Positions 26,073 through 36,488 of a stretch of 64,000 nucleotides of DNA are shown in pieces. Position 1 is the stretch's first letter. Each line of letters opens with the position of its first letter. The notes below the pieces were generated by a model. It saw only the letters and a program-made list of their open reading frames with translations. It was not told the DNA's origin and made no database searches. This DNA is from an uncultured Eubacteriales bacterium (GTDB lineage: Bacteria; Bacillota; Clostridia; Christensenellales; CAG-917). Made by a program: the position numbers and the translations under genes. The stretch spans positions 17,879 through 81,878 of the forward strand of contig URIX01000002.1 of NCBI GenBank assembly GCA_900547975.1, given 5' to 3'.

Positions 26073-26261
26073 AGGTTGCGCACAAAATTTGTGCGTAAGC
26101 AGATGTATAGATAAATAGGGTGGCGTTCTAATTGCACAAAATCCGCAATATGAGATTTTTATAAATTTAAAGAATTTATAGGCGTAGTTTTGTAGCAAAA
26201 AATTCTCGAAGAAAAATAATACGAACCCATTATCTGAGTTCGTATTATTGTCATTTGGTGA
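26073..26261. repeat. 190-bp dispersed direct repeat, copy 1
   Basis: AGGTTGCGCACAAAATTTGTGCGTAAGCAGATGTATAGAT...AATAATACGAAC-ccattatctga-GTTCGTATTATTGTCATTTGGTGA recurs at 47734-47923, by eye about 12 mismatches and 1-2 single-base indels. Confidence 0.9.
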
Positions 26262-26335
26262 GCAAAATAATGCATCAATTGATTGAGTTTACATTAGTTT
26301 GTTTAGCGGTTTAGATTACAAGAACAGCACAAAAA

Positions 26336-26749
26336 CTAATGATTGTTTTTATGAGTGTGTTGCCATTCTTGGAATTCATCGTATGAACGGATGTAGTCGT
26401 CTTCGGAATACTTTTCGGATGCAAGAACAAGCAGGACGCCGTCGTGAGAAAAGTCAAAGATTTCACGCCACACGTTGTGACCTATGTATAGCCCTTTTGC
26501 CGGGTCGTCAAGGGTTACGACTTGTTTTTCTTCGCCGTTTGTCAGCATAACTTTGCAACTGCCGTGAATTGCGATATAGATTTGTTGTAAATTCTTGTGC
26601 GAATGGAATCCTCGACTGGTATGTTCGCCGACGCCGTAAATGTAATAAACGCGTTTTACGGTGAAGGGAATTTCTTTTTCGTATTCTGCGACTACGAGCA
26701 TTCCTCTCGAATCGCCGTGTTTTTGGAAGTCTATTTGTTTGATGTCCAT
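26336..26749 (-). CDS. fdtA: dTDP-4-dehydro-6-deoxyglucose 3,4-ketoisomerase (FdtA/WxcM-like cupin)
   Basis: FQKHGDSRGMLVVAEYEKEIPFTVKRVYYIYGV...RGFHSHK. Start taken at MDIKQ with AAGGA upstream. Confidence 0.75.
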   Translation of the reverse strand: MDIKQIDFQKHGDSRGMLVVAEYEKEIPFTVKRVYYIYGVGEHTSRGFHSHKNLQQIYIAIHGSCKVMLTNGEEKQVVTLDDPAKGLYIGHNVWREIFDFSHDGVLLVLASEKYSEDDYIRSYDEFQEWQHTHKNNH

Positions 26750-27684
26750 AGTTTTGTCCTTATGAAACGTTTTATTGAAATAACCGGGTGTTTGATTGCC
26801 ATAAAGCAAATATATTTAAGACGTTTGCAAGCGGTGCTTTTTTCGTTATGCGCGGATTCAAACGCTTTTTTTTCGCGCAACCATATTGCTTCGTTTTTCC
26901 ACGCCTTGTAATCGGATTTTGCTGCCGATGGATTCTGACAGTAGGGAAGTACCTCGTTTTTGAAAATACTATCCGATACTTCCAGATACTTTTCGCTTAA
27001 TCCGCCTTGACTGCTGATGCCGCCACTTCGATATTTTATAACGATTCTATCCCAAAATGTGATAGGTATGCCCATTCGTGATAATTTCAAATTTGACGGA
27101 TAGTCTTCGACAAGAGGGTAGCGTTCATCGTAACCGCCCATAAGTTCAAAACTCGTTTTCGTTCTTGCCGTGCAACAACCGAAAATCAGGTTGAAACCTC
27201 GCATTTTCTCGAACAATTCTTGCGGCGTTGAATTTTCTATCGCGATGATTTCCGCCGACGTTGGCGCGTCATATAAGTGCGTTTCGAGATTCTCGTCGTA
27301 AACGGCTCGTTTTGCGGTTATAACGTCGGCATTCGTACTTTCGAATCGTTCGACCCATTGCGTCAGCACGGATTCGTCAAAAAACTCGTCGTCAGCCGCG
27401 ACGTTGAACAGATACTTGCCGTTCGCTTTCGATAAAGCGCGGTTTAGATTCTTGGTTATGCCGAGATTGCTATCGTTTCGTGTAACAATCAAATCGACTA
27501 TATTTCCCGTGTTATTTGCGCGGATATATTCGATTATTGCCTCGCCGTCGAAGTCGCTCGACGCGTCGTCGCAAACGATATATTGAATATTCGGATACGA
27601 CTGCATAAGCACGGAATCGATTGCGCCGAATATTGTTTTTGAATTGTTGTATGAAGGCGTGACGACGGTTACAAGGGGATTCAT
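26731..27684 (-). CDS. family 2 glycosyltransferase
   Basis: VTVVTPSYNNSKTI...VCDDASSD...ADDE (GT-A DxD). Its ATG overlaps the rfbB stop (TAATG). Confidence 0.8.
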   Translation of the reverse strand: MNPLVTVVTPSYNNSKTIFGAIDSVLMQSYPNIQYIVCDDASSDFDGEAIIEYIRANNTGNIVDLIVTRNDSNLGITKNLNRALSKANGKYLFNVAADDEFFDESVLTQWVERFESTNADVITAKRAVYDENLETHLYDAPTSAEIIAIENSTPQELFEKMRGFNLIFGCCTARTKTSFELMGGYDERYPLVEDYPSNLKLSRMGIPITFWDRIVIKYRSGGISSQGGLSEKYLEVSDSIFKNEVLPYCQNPSAAKSDYKAWKNEAIWLREKKAFESAHNEKSTACKRLKYICFMAIKHPVISIKRFIRTKLWTSNK

Positions 27685-28697
27685 TATCTGCCCTCGTACA
27701 TTTTGGCGTAATAATTTTGATATTCGCCGCTGATTATTCTTTCCCACCATTCCTTATGCGTGAGATACCAGTCGATTGTGCGACGGATTCCGTCTTCAAA
27801 CGTAGTTTGAGGCAACCAACCGAGTTCACGGTGAATTTTTGTCGGGTCTATTGCGTATCTACGGTCATGTCCGGCTCTATCGGTGACAAATTTGATTTCG
27901 CCTTTGCCGAGGGTGTTGATGATTGTTTGCACGACTTCCAAATTGTTTTTTTCGTTGTGGCCGCCGATATTGTAGACTTCGCCGACTCTGCCGTTGTGGA
28001 TAATAAGATCAATGGCAGAGCAGTGATCCTCGACGTAAATCCAGTCGCGAACGTTTTTGCCGTCGCCGTATACGGGAAGCGGTTTGTCGTTGAGAACATT
28101 TGCAATCATCAAGGGGATCAGTTTTTCGGGAAAGTGGTACGGCCCGTAGTTGTTTGAACAACGAGATATGGTGACGGGCAAACCATAGGTGCGATGATAT
28201 GCCAAAACGAGCAAGTCCGCCGATGCTTTTGATGCAGAGTAGGGACTCGATGTATGAATAGGAGTTTCTTCCGTGAAGAACAAATCGGGTCTATCAAGTG
28301 GCAAATCGCCATACACTTCGTCGGTAGAAACCTGATGGTATCTTGTGATTCCGTATTTTCTGCACGCGTCCATAAGCACTTGCGTGCCCAGAATGTTTGT
28401 TTTTAAGAAAATTTCGGGATTGACAATGGATCTATCAACGTGGCTTTCCGCTGCAAAGTTGACAACGATATCGGGCTTTTCGGATTCAAAAAGTTTGAAG
28501 ATATTCTCTCTATCGGTTATGTCGATTTTGACGAATTTGAACTTCGGGTTCTTCAATGCATCTTCAAGCGTTTCCATATTGCCGGCATAGGTAAGGCTGT
28601 CAAGACAAACGATTTGATAATTCGGATGTTTGTCCAGCATATGATATATAAAGTTGCTACCGATAAATCCGGCGCCGCCGGTGACAAAAATTTTCAT
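27684..28697 (-). CDS. rfbB: dTDP-glucose 4,6-dehydratase
   Basis: [22 protein letters not shown] catalytic motif, 337 aa. Confidence 0.92.
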   Translation of the reverse strand: MKIFVTGGAGFIGSNFIYHMLDKHPNYQIVCLDSLTYAGNMETLEDALKNPKFKFVKIDITDRENIFKLFESEKPDIVVNFAAESHVDRSIVNPEIFLKTNILGTQVLMDACRKYGITRYHQVSTDEVYGDLPLDRPDLFFTEETPIHTSSPYSASKASADLLVLAYHRTYGLPVTISRCSNNYGPYHFPEKLIPLMIANVLNDKPLPVYGDGKNVRDWIYVEDHCSAIDLIIHNGRVGEVYNIGGHNEKNNLEVVQTIINTLGKGEIKFVTDRAGHDRRYAIDPTKIHRELGWLPQTTFEDGIRRTIDWYLTHKEWWERIISGEYQNYYAKMYEGR

Positions 28698-29572
28698 AGT
28701 CTATTTTCAGTGTTTGCCAATCTTAAAAGATATTGACCGTATTCTGTTTGCGCAAGGTTTTCACCCAACTGTCTTAGGTGCTCTGTTGTGATATAGCCGT
28801 TGCGCCATGCAATTTCTTCCAAACAAGAAATATATAAACCTTGTCTGTTTTGTACAACTTCAACGTATGTTGCTGCTTGCATCATTCCGCTAGGGCTGCC
28901 TGTATCGAGCCACACCGTGCCTCGTCCCAGCAAAATGACTTTCAACTGTTTGCGGCTTAAATATTCATTGTTTATAGATGTTATTTCAATTTCGCCTCTC
29001 GCAGAAGGCTTGACGTTTTTTGCAATTTCCACAACGCTGTTGTCATAGAAATAAAGTCCCGGAACAGCATACGACGATTTGGGCTTTTCAGGCTTTTCTT
29101 CAATGGAAATAACGTTGAAGTCTTTGTCAAATTCAACTACGCCGAATTCCCGTGGGTGTTTGACAGGATAACCGAATACGGTTGCGCCATTATTGTCGGA
29201 TATCGCTTGTTTGAGTGTCAGAGCCAAGTTTTGTCCGTAAAAAACGTTGTCGCCCAAAATCAAGCAAACGTCATCGTTGCCAATAAAGTCCTCGCCGATA
29301 ATAAAAGCGTCTGCAAGTCCGCGCGGCTTATCTTGTACAGCGTACGAAAACCGAACGCCCAAAGACGAGCCATCTTTTAACAGCGATTTGTATTGTTCGA
29401 TAGCCTCAGGCGACGAAATAATCAAAATATCTCTTATGCCTGCAAGCATCAAAATTGACAAAGGATAATAGATGAGCGGTTTGTCATAAATAGGCAAAAG
29501 CTGCTTTGATACAGCGATTGTCAACGGATATAAGCGTGTGCCTTTTCCGCCTGCTAAAATTATGCCTTTCAT
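28694..29572 (-). CDS. rfbA: glucose-1-phosphate thymidylyltransferase
   Basis: [18 protein letters not shown]...[17 protein letters not shown]. Confidence 0.92.
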   Translation of the reverse strand: MKGIILAGGKGTRLYPLTIAVSKQLLPIYDKPLIYYPLSILMLAGIRDILIISSPEAIEQYKSLLKDGSSLGVRFSYAVQDKPRGLADAFIIGEDFIGNDDVCLILGDNVFYGQNLALTLKQAISDNNGATVFGYPVKHPREFGVVEFDKDFNVISIEEKPEKPKSSYAVPGLYFYDNSVVEIAKNVKPSARGEIEITSINNEYLSRKQLKVILLGRGTVWLDTGSPSGMMQAATYVEVVQNRQGLYISCLEEIAWRNGYITTEHLRQLGENLAQTEYGQYLLRLANTENRL

Positions 29573-29725
29573 CGTGGATTTCCCCTTTTTAGGTTAGTTA
29601 AAAATTTGATATACCTAAATATACCACCAAAAGAGTTGAGATGTCAACATTGACAAAAAATATGTAAAAATATAGTGACAAAAGGAGTAATAGATTCTCG
29701 TTGCCAATACTTTTATCGAAAATTG

Positions 29726-29753
29726 TTGATATATCGTGAAATTATGTTATAAT
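29726..29753 (+). promoter_or_regulatory. candidate promoter of the plus-strand glycan operon
   Basis: TTGATA (29726-29731), 16-nt spacer, extended -10 TGtTATAAT (29745-29753). Confidence 0.45.
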
Positions 29754-29819
29754 AAACAAAGAATGGCCTCAATCAATCTGTGGTTGTTCAATATTTGTTA
29801 GGGTAGGAATAGGCAGTTA

Positions 29820-30923
29820 ATGAAAATACCGTATTTGGATTTGAGTGTAATGCACAACGAGTTGAACGATCGACTTATTGCGGCGTTCAATAGAGTTTTG
29901 AGTGCAAATAGTTTTATTCTCGACAAAGAAGTCGAGAATTTCGAAGCACATTTTGCTCAATACTGCGGCGCAAAATATGCAATCGGATGCGGAAACGGAC
30001 TCGATGCGTTATATTTGACTCTCAAAGCGATGGTCGTGACTTACGGCGACGAAGTTATCGTTCCGTCAAACACTTATATCGCGACGGCACTCGCGGTTTC
30101 TTACGTCGGTGCTACGCCGGTATTTGTCGAGCCGACGCTCGATACTTTCAATATCGATCCCGAAAGAATAGAAGAAGCGATCACGGACAAAACAAAAGCC
30201 ATAATCGCAGTCAACCTCTATGGCAGAATGGCAGATTTGGACAAGATTAAAGCAATCGCGGACAAATATTCGTTAAAACTTATAGAGGATTCGGCGCAAG
30301 CGCACGGTGCGGAATACAAAGGACATAAATCGGCATATTACAGCGATGCGGCGGGATTTAGTTTCTATCCCGGCAAAAACTTGGGAGCACTCGGCGACGC
30401 CGGCATAATCGTGACGAACGATGCCGACCTTGCGGACAAACTTCGTTGCTTGAGAAACTATGGCTCAAAAATCAAGTATGAGCACATTGTCAAGGGAACA
30501 AATTCGCGTCTTGACGAAATGCAAGCGGCTTTTTTGGATGCAAAACTTCCAGAACTTGACAAATGGAATGCTCGCAGACAAGAAATAGCGCAAAGACTGA
30601 TAAATGAGGTGCACAATCCGCTTATCGTTATGCCCAAACCTTGCGACGAAGACCACTTCAACGTATGGCACATTTTTGCAGTGCTTTGCAAAGAACGCGC
30701 TGCTCTTGAGAAATATCTTAACGACAACGGAATAGGGACGAACAAGCACTATCCAAAGTCGATGCACTTGCAAGGCGCATATCGAGATCTCGGATTCAAG
30801 AAGGGCGATTATCCTATTGCCGAAACGATTTCCGAATGTGAATTGTCCATACCCGTTTATTATGGTATGACCGACGAGCAAGTCGATTATTTGATCGAAA
30901 AATTGAATTGTTTCGAGGCGTAA
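29820..30923 (+). CDS. fdtB: DegT/DnrJ/EryC1 aminotransferase (FdtB-like dTDP-3-keto-6-deoxyhexose 3-aminotransferase)
   Basis: PLP-lysine context [10 protein letters not shown] and an ED.AQAHGA-type block. Adjacent to the fdtC-like gene. Confidence 0.8.
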   Translation: MKIPYLDLSVMHNELNDRLIAAFNRVLSANSFILDKEVENFEAHFAQYCGAKYAIGCGNGLDALYLTLKAMVVTYGDEVIVPSNTYIATALAVSYVGATPVFVEPTLDTFNIDPERIEEAITDKTKAIIAVNLYGRMADLDKIKAIADKYSLKLIEDSAQAHGAEYKGHKSAYYSDAAGFSFYPGKNLGALGDAGIIVTNDADLADKLRCLRNYGSKIKYEHIVKGTNSRLDEMQAAFLDAKLPELDKWNARRQEIAQRLINEVHNPLIVMPKPCDEDHFNVWHIFAVLCKERAALEKYLNDNGIGTNKHYPKSMHLQGAYRDLGFKKGDYPIAETISECELSIPVYYGMTDEQVDYLIEKLNCFEA

Positions 30924-30924
30924 T

Positions 30925-31356
30925 ATGATTCATCCGCTTTCCGACGTTCAAAGCACGAATATAGGTGACAACACCAACGTATGGCAATTTGTCGTTATAC
31001 TTCGTGGCGCAAAAATCGGCTCGAATTGCAATATATGCGCCAACTGTTTCATTGAAAACGACGTCGTTGTGGGCGATAACGTGACCGTCAAATGCGGCGT
31101 ACAGTTGTGGGACGGTTTAAGAGTCGAAGACAACGTTTTTATAGGCCCGAATGCAACTTTTTGCAACGATAAATTTCCAAAGTCGCACAACAAAGACTTT
31201 GCGTTGTTGCAAACAACCGTGAAAAAAGGTGCATCTATCGGGGCGAATGCTACAATTTTGCCGGGGATAACCATCGGCGAAAACGCAATGATAGGCGCAG
31301 GGGCGTTGGTGACGAAAGACGTTCCTACAGGCGCAATAATCAAAGGGAAATATTGA
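30925..31356 (+). CDS. fdtC: hexapeptide-repeat acetyltransferase (FdtC-like sugar 3-N-acetyltransferase)
   Basis: Left-handed beta-helix repeats ([38 protein letters not shown]), 143 aa. Confidence 0.75.
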   Translation: MIHPLSDVQSTNIGDNTNVWQFVVILRGAKIGSNCNICANCFIENDVVVGDNVTVKCGVQLWDGLRVEDNVFIGPNATFCNDKFPKSHNKDFALLQTTVKKGASIGANATILPGITIGENAMIGAGALVTKDVPTGAIIKGKY

Positions 31357-31357
31357 T

Positions 31358-32650
31358 ATGGAAAAACAAAAGCAAAAAATTGTTTTCTATTTCAGAAAAA
31401 ACGTTTTGGCAAAAGGCGATTTTGCTCTTTATTATTGCGTTGCGAACGAGATTGCGGAAAACTTCGACATCGACGTTTTTTGCGTAAACAACTCATACAA
31501 AGAGATTCAACAAGAGTATTTAGATTCAAAAATAAACTTCTGTGATTTGAACGAAAGCAACCTCAAAGACTTTGAAGGGGCATATTTCGTTACGGCTTAC
31601 AACCAGTTGTTTTTCTTGCTCGAAGAAATCGAGAGCATCAAATCCGCAAAAATACTTTTATTGTTTTTGCATCCACAAATCACAAATTGGATGAACAATC
31701 AGTTGCCGAAAAATGCGAATGTTAAAAGCATATATAAATTGTTGCGTGAAAAAAACGCTTACGGATTTATGGATTGCGCAAATTTGTTCGCACTCGAAAA
31801 GCGAACCAATATATGTTTTGAAAAACGTTATTTCCCAGTAGTCTTCGACGATAAACACGTTTCACAACACGTCGACGCTTGCGATGTCGTGTCCGATGAC
31901 GAAATAAATATCGGTTGGTTCGGACGGCTCGACGCGGACAAGATTTATTCTTTGCTCAACGTGCTGGACAATTTGCTTGAAGAAGGCATTTGTAACGTCA
32001 ACTTCCATTTGATCGGTGACGGAAACGCGAAAAAACTTATCAACGTAAACAAATACGCTCCCAATATAAAGATCGTGTTCAATTCGTTTATGTTCGGCGA
32101 GGAAAGGGATTCGTATTTAAGAAGCAACGTAGATATGGTAGTCGCAATGGGAATTTCCGCTTTGGACGTGGCGTTGTTGTCCATTCCGACCGTTATTCCG
32201 ATCGTATCTTCTCAAAGAATCAGAGATGATAAATTGGCGTATATTTTCGATGCGAACGATTATTGTTTGGGTTGGAACGTGACCGACGTTGACGCCGCAA
32301 CGAAGAAAACTTACGGCATTAAACAAATCATAGGCGATTTGCAATGCGGACGCAAGAAGGAATTGGGTGAAAAGTGCTACGATTATGTACAATCAACATT
32401 TAACGTTAAGGAACATTCGCTCGATTTGGTAAAGTTGATTACGTCAACGAATCTTACCGTTGTCGATTGCTTGGCAAACGCAACGATTGCAAATCAACTG
32501 CGCAAATTCCGCTTGTACAAACGTTTGCGCGGTGCAAACAGAGGTTACAACGATTATTTGTCTTTCCGTGTAAAATTGGCACGGTTCAAAGAAATGAAAT
32601 TCGCGAGCCAAGTGAAATTTGCATTGAATAAACTATTGAAAAAAGGATAA
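31358..32650 (+). CDS. hypothetical protein, paralogue of the N-terminal half of the next gene (possible GT-B-like glycosyltransferase)
   Basis: Shares the order KIVFY/FF...INIG.FG...H.IG...AMGISALD/AYGENAISAAKFG.P.VIP with residues 1-400 of 32655..35129. Confidence 0.5.
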   Translation: MEKQKQKIVFYFRKNVLAKGDFALYYCVANEIAENFDIDVFCVNNSYKEIQQEYLDSKINFCDLNESNLKDFEGAYFVTAYNQLFFLLEEIESIKSAKILLLFLHPQITNWMNNQLPKNANVKSIYKLLREKNAYGFMDCANLFALEKRTNICFEKRYFPVVFDDKHVSQHVDACDVVSDDEINIGWFGRLDADKIYSLLNVLDNLLEEGICNVNFHLIGDGNAKKLINVNKYAPNIKIVFNSFMFGEERDSYLRSNVDMVVAMGISALDVALLSIPTVIPIVSSQRIRDDKLAYIFDANDYCLGWNVTDVDAATKKTYGIKQIIGDLQCGRKKELGEKCYDYVQSTFNVKEHSLDLVKLITSTNLTVVDCLANATIANQLRKFRLYKRLRGANRGYNDYLSFRVKLARFKEMKFASQVKFALNKLLKKG

Positions 32651-32654
32651 CGAA

Positions 32655-35129
32655 ATGAGTAAAATAGTCTTTTTTATTGAAACTAACGCCCCGATAACAG
32701 ACGCGCAGCGAGTTATTCTTAACCTTGCCGTTTCGGCGTATAAAGACGGTCAGGACATTGTGTTTTTGAACAATTATCAGTTGGAAGAAGCTGATTTGTC
32801 CGAAGACGCAAAACAAATATTCGAATTGACGAGCGAGGTCGATTTTTCGAAATATGAAGGGGCTGTCTTCTTTACGCCGTGCAACTATATGTTGCATTTA
32901 CTTGCTCATATTTCGTGCCTTAATGACGCGAAAATTTGCTTGTATTCTTACGATAAACGATCTATCGACTGGCTTATCAGTCACTTTGCGGACGGTAGAT
33001 GCGTAACGAACATAAAAAATTTGCTGATAAATACAAACGCCCTTTCTTTCAGAGGCGGAAACTGCGTGTTTGCAAATTACGATTCTGATGGCAGAGAAGT
33101 GCTTTATATTCCGCCGTTTATTGACGAGAGCATTGAGTTCCAACCCCAAAGCGTCGTAAACGAAAACGTAATAAATATAGGCGTTTTCGGTCCGTTCGGC
33201 GCGGCTGTGGCGAATATGCTCACAAACCTTATTCGCAACATGCGAGTGCAAAAAATCGATAAACTGGTGAAAATCCATATCATTGGCAAAACGAGCGAAA
33301 TGTTCAACGGAAAGTTTTCCGATTGCTCGACAAACTATACGAATATGATATACACCGGCGAGATGGCCGAAGAAGACTATGCGCAGTATATAAAGAAAAA
33401 CGTAGATATTATACTTGCATATGGCGAAAATGCGATATCTGCGGCAAAGTTCGGCGTGCCCGTCGTTATTCCCGTAATCGATGCAAAACCGTTCGAGGGC
33501 AACAGATACGTTTATTTGTTCAATGCGGAAAATCACGTTTTCGGTTGGAATTTTGCCGAGTCAGTCAAACTTGACGACGATTGCGTGACGTTCAAAACCG
33601 TTCTTAACGACATTTACGAAAAAGGGCTCAAACAAGAGCGTGCAAAACAATGCTTCGAGTTTGTCGTTGCCAACGCATCAAAAGCATATGCACTCGATTC
33701 TTTGTATAAGCAGATTGAACAAAGCCAACTTACATTGTCTGATTGCTTGGACAACGTTTATATTACCAAAAGACTCAAACAGTATTTTGCAAGTACGGCA
33801 AAAAGTTTCGGCGAGTTTATAGCCGTCAAAGCAAAGCCCGTTGAAAATGCGAAAACACCGAAGAAATCCGTCAAAAAGGCTATTTTGGACAATGCTCGCG
33901 TTTTCATCAAAAAACGCAAATTTTTTGAACTCCAAGCTGGATACGTCAAAAAAGTTTCGCAGATCATTGCAAAAAAGGATAAAAACGGAAAGATAAAGGT
34001 TGCATTTATCGTCGTTTTCAAGAGCGTTTTCCCAACGCGTCCGATATTTGAAAAAATGTGCGCAGATCCTAATTTCGATCCGTATATTGTGGTTGCGCCG
34101 AACGTTGGAAGAACGATGAAATATCAGCGCGATCTTTATAACGATACGTTCGAAGGACTCAAAGAGGAATACGGAGATAGAGTTATCGGGGGATATGATA
34201 TTGCAAACGATAAGTATTATGAACTAAAAGACGAATATAGCGTCATTTTCTTCTGCAATCCGTACAAGCATTTGGTGCATCCTTATCACGAAATCGAGTA
34301 TTTCCTCGACAAACCCGTTTTGCCGATTTATTCGAGTTACGGATTCGCCGCGTTGAGTTTTTGGGACGAAGTCATCGCAACGGATTTCTATAACTATTTG
34401 TGGAAAGCGTGCGTAGAAACGCCGTCAAATCTCAAACATTTGCAACAAGTTCAAACCATAAAGGGTAAGAACGGCGTTGTTACGGGATATATCAAGGCGG
34501 ACGGACTTGCGAATGTCGTACCAACGCCGAGAGATAGAAAACGTATTTTGATTTGCCCGCATCATACGGTATGGGGGTGGAAAACTCTCAATATTTCCAA
34601 TTTCCTGACATATTGCGATTTGTTTGTCGAATTGCCGAAGATGTATCCCGATATCGATTTCGTGTTTAGGCCGCATCCGCTTTTGATGGATAATCTGAAA
34701 GCACACAAAGTTTGGACTCAACAGCAAATAGACGACTATCTCGCAAGAATGCTTGAAAGTCCGAATATTACCTACGACACGTCGGGTGACTATTATCAAC
34801 AATTTGTCGATAGCGACGCAATGATTCACGATTGCGGTTCGTTTATTGGCGAGTATCTCTATACGGAAAAGCCATGTTGCTATATGATCAAGTCGGAAGA
34901 AGAAACTTATAAAGGGCTTGTTCCGCTCGGTCAGCAATGTATGGATCAGTACTATCACGCTAAGTCGAAAGAAGATATAATCAACTTCATAGAGAACGTC
35001 GTTATAAAAGGCAACGATCCGATGAAAGCGCAAAGAGAGGCGTTTGTGAAAAACGAACTTAAAGCAAATTATCCTCACGCGGCCGATACGATGATAAATA
35101 TGATTAAAAAGGAACTTAAAATAAAATGA
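32655..35129 (+). CDS. two-domain protein: uncharacterised N-terminal domain plus CDP-glycerol/ribitol glycerophosphotransferase (TagB/TagF family) C-terminal domain
   Basis: The C-terminal half carries FVFRPHPL...IHDCGSFIGEYLYTEKPCCYM, typical of the TagF family. 824 aa. Confidence 0.75.
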   Translation: MSKIVFFIETNAPITDAQRVILNLAVSAYKDGQDIVFLNNYQLEEADLSEDAKQIFELTSEVDFSKYEGAVFFTPCNYMLHLLAHISCLNDAKICLYSYDKRSIDWLISHFADGRCVTNIKNLLINTNALSFRGGNCVFANYDSDGREVLYIPPFIDESIEFQPQSVVNENVINIGVFGPFGAAVANMLTNLIRNMRVQKIDKLVKIHIIGKTSEMFNGKFSDCSTNYTNMIYTGEMAEEDYAQYIKKNVDIILAYGENAISAAKFGVPVVIPVIDAKPFEGNRYVYLFNAENHVFGWNFAESVKLDDDCVTFKTVLNDIYEKGLKQERAKQCFEFVVANASKAYALDSLYKQIEQSQLTLSDCLDNVYITKRLKQYFASTAKSFGEFIAVKAKPVENAKTPKKSVKKAILDNARVFIKKRKFFELQAGYVKKVSQIIAKKDKNGKIKVAFIVVFKSVFPTRPIFEKMCADPNFDPYIVVAPNVGRTMKYQRDLYNDTFEGLKEEYGDRVIGGYDIANDKYYELKDEYSVIFFCNPYKHLVHPYHEIEYFLDKPVLPIYSSYGFAALSFWDEVIATDFYNYLWKACVETPSNLKHLQQVQTIKGKNGVVTGYIKADGLANVVPTPRDRKRILICPHHTVWGWKTLNISNFLTYCDLFVELPKMYPDIDFVFRPHPLLMDNLKAHKVWTQQQIDDYLARMLESPNITYDTSGDYYQQFVDSDAMIHDCGSFIGEYLYTEKPCCYMIKSEEETYKGLVPLGQQCMDQYYHAKSKEDIINFIENVVIKGNDPMKAQREAFVKNELKANYPHAADTMINMIKKELKIK

Positions 35130-35773
35130 ACGTCGGAATAGTGTTGGCAGGCGGCGTCGGGAGACGTTTCGGCGGAAACGTGCCAAAACAGTATCAAACC
35201 ATAAACGGAAAAGAAGTGATTTACTACTCGATAAACGCGCTTACAAACAGTTCAAGCGTTGACAAAATCATTGTCGTTGCGCAAAACGAGTATGCAAACG
35301 GTATAAAAGAAATCAATCCGAACGTCGAAATCGTTGAGGGCGGCGATACGAGAAACAAATCGCTCTACAACGCTTTGCGTTTCATAAAAGACAATTATAC
35401 TTGCGAAAAGGTGATAATTCTCGAAGCGGCTCGACCGATGATAACGTCGAAAATTGTTGACGATTATCTCGAAAGACTCGATCGCGCAGACGCCGTGATA
35501 ACTGGTCAAAAAATAGTGGCAAGTCTCGGATGCTATCATATGCACACGGTAAACAGGGAAGACTATTATCTCATCGAAGCACCCGAAGCGTTCCGATTCG
35601 ATTTGCTTTTCGACAACTTCGATAAGGATTCCAAAACGATAACGGCAACCAATCAGCATTTGCCGGCAGACAGCAAACTCGATATAAACTTCGATTTTGC
35701 AAACAATCTGAAAATAACGTATTTCCCCGATTTGAAATACTGCGAAAACTTGATGAACGAAAATGAGCTATAA
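35126..35773 (+). CDS. IspD/TarI-family cytidylyltransferase
   Basis: MNVGIVLAGGVGRRFGGNVPKQYQ...GGDTRNKS. Confidence 0.8.
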   Translation: MNVGIVLAGGVGRRFGGNVPKQYQTINGKEVIYYSINALTNSSSVDKIIVVAQNEYANGIKEINPNVEIVEGGDTRNKSLYNALRFIKDNYTCEKVIILEAARPMITSKIVDDYLERLDRADAVITGQKIVASLGCYHMHTVNREDYYLIEAPEAFRFDLLFDNFDKDSKTITATNQHLPADSKLDINFDFANNLKITYFPDLKYCENLMNENEL

Positions 35774-36476
35774 ACTGATTGCAATGGATTTGGACGGAAC
35801 GCTCACACAGCACAAGTCCAAACTCGAACAACAAAATACGGATTTGCTCTATCAACTGAAAAGCAAGTATTCTCTCGTTATGCTCGGCGCAGGCGGTTGC
35901 CAAAGAATATACGAGCAAATGAATTGCTTTCCGATAGATATAGTCGGCAATTACGGGATACAAGAATCAACCGTCGAGAACGGCAATTTCAAGATTATCA
36001 GAAACGACGTGTATTCCGTCGATAAATCGTTTTTTGAAAATACCGTCACCCAAATCCGAAAAGAAACGGGATATACGAATTACGTCGGACAAAACGTCGA
36101 GTTCCACCAGTCGGGGTTGGTTACGTTCCCTTTGCTCGGAACGGGTGCAAAACTCGAAGATAAGTTGGCATTCGATCCGGACGGAAAGAAACGCACTGAA
36201 ATTTACGATCTTGTCGCATCGTCATTTTCCGATTATAATTGTTTTATAGGCGGTACGTCGTCTTTCGATATATCCGCAAAGCAATATAACAAGTACAATG
36301 CGCTTGTGAAGTACATAGCGGAAAAAGGCATATCCAAAGAAAGCGTGTTGTTCATCGGCGACGACTTCAAAAAAGGCGGAAACGACGAGCATGTTATGCT
36401 CGGTGGCGTTGATTGCATAAGCATCGATAATTACAAAAATACGGCAAATATTCTTAAACAAAAAGGAATAATTTGA
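35763..36476 (+). CDS. HAD-IIB (Cof-type) hydrolase/phosphatase
   Basis: IAMDLDGTL motif I, GDDFKKGGNDEHV motif IV region. Confidence 0.7.
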   Translation: MSYKLIAMDLDGTLTQHKSKLEQQNTDLLYQLKSKYSLVMLGAGGCQRIYEQMNCFPIDIVGNYGIQESTVENGNFKIIRNDVYSVDKSFFENTVTQIRKETGYTNYVGQNVEFHQSGLVTFPLLGTGAKLEDKLAFDPDGKKRTEIYDLVASSFSDYNCFIGGTSSFDISAKQYNKYNALVKYIAEKGISKESVLFIGDDFKKGGNDEHVMLGGVDCISIDNYKNTANILKQKGII

Positions 36477-36488
36477 ACGGGTGGAAAA

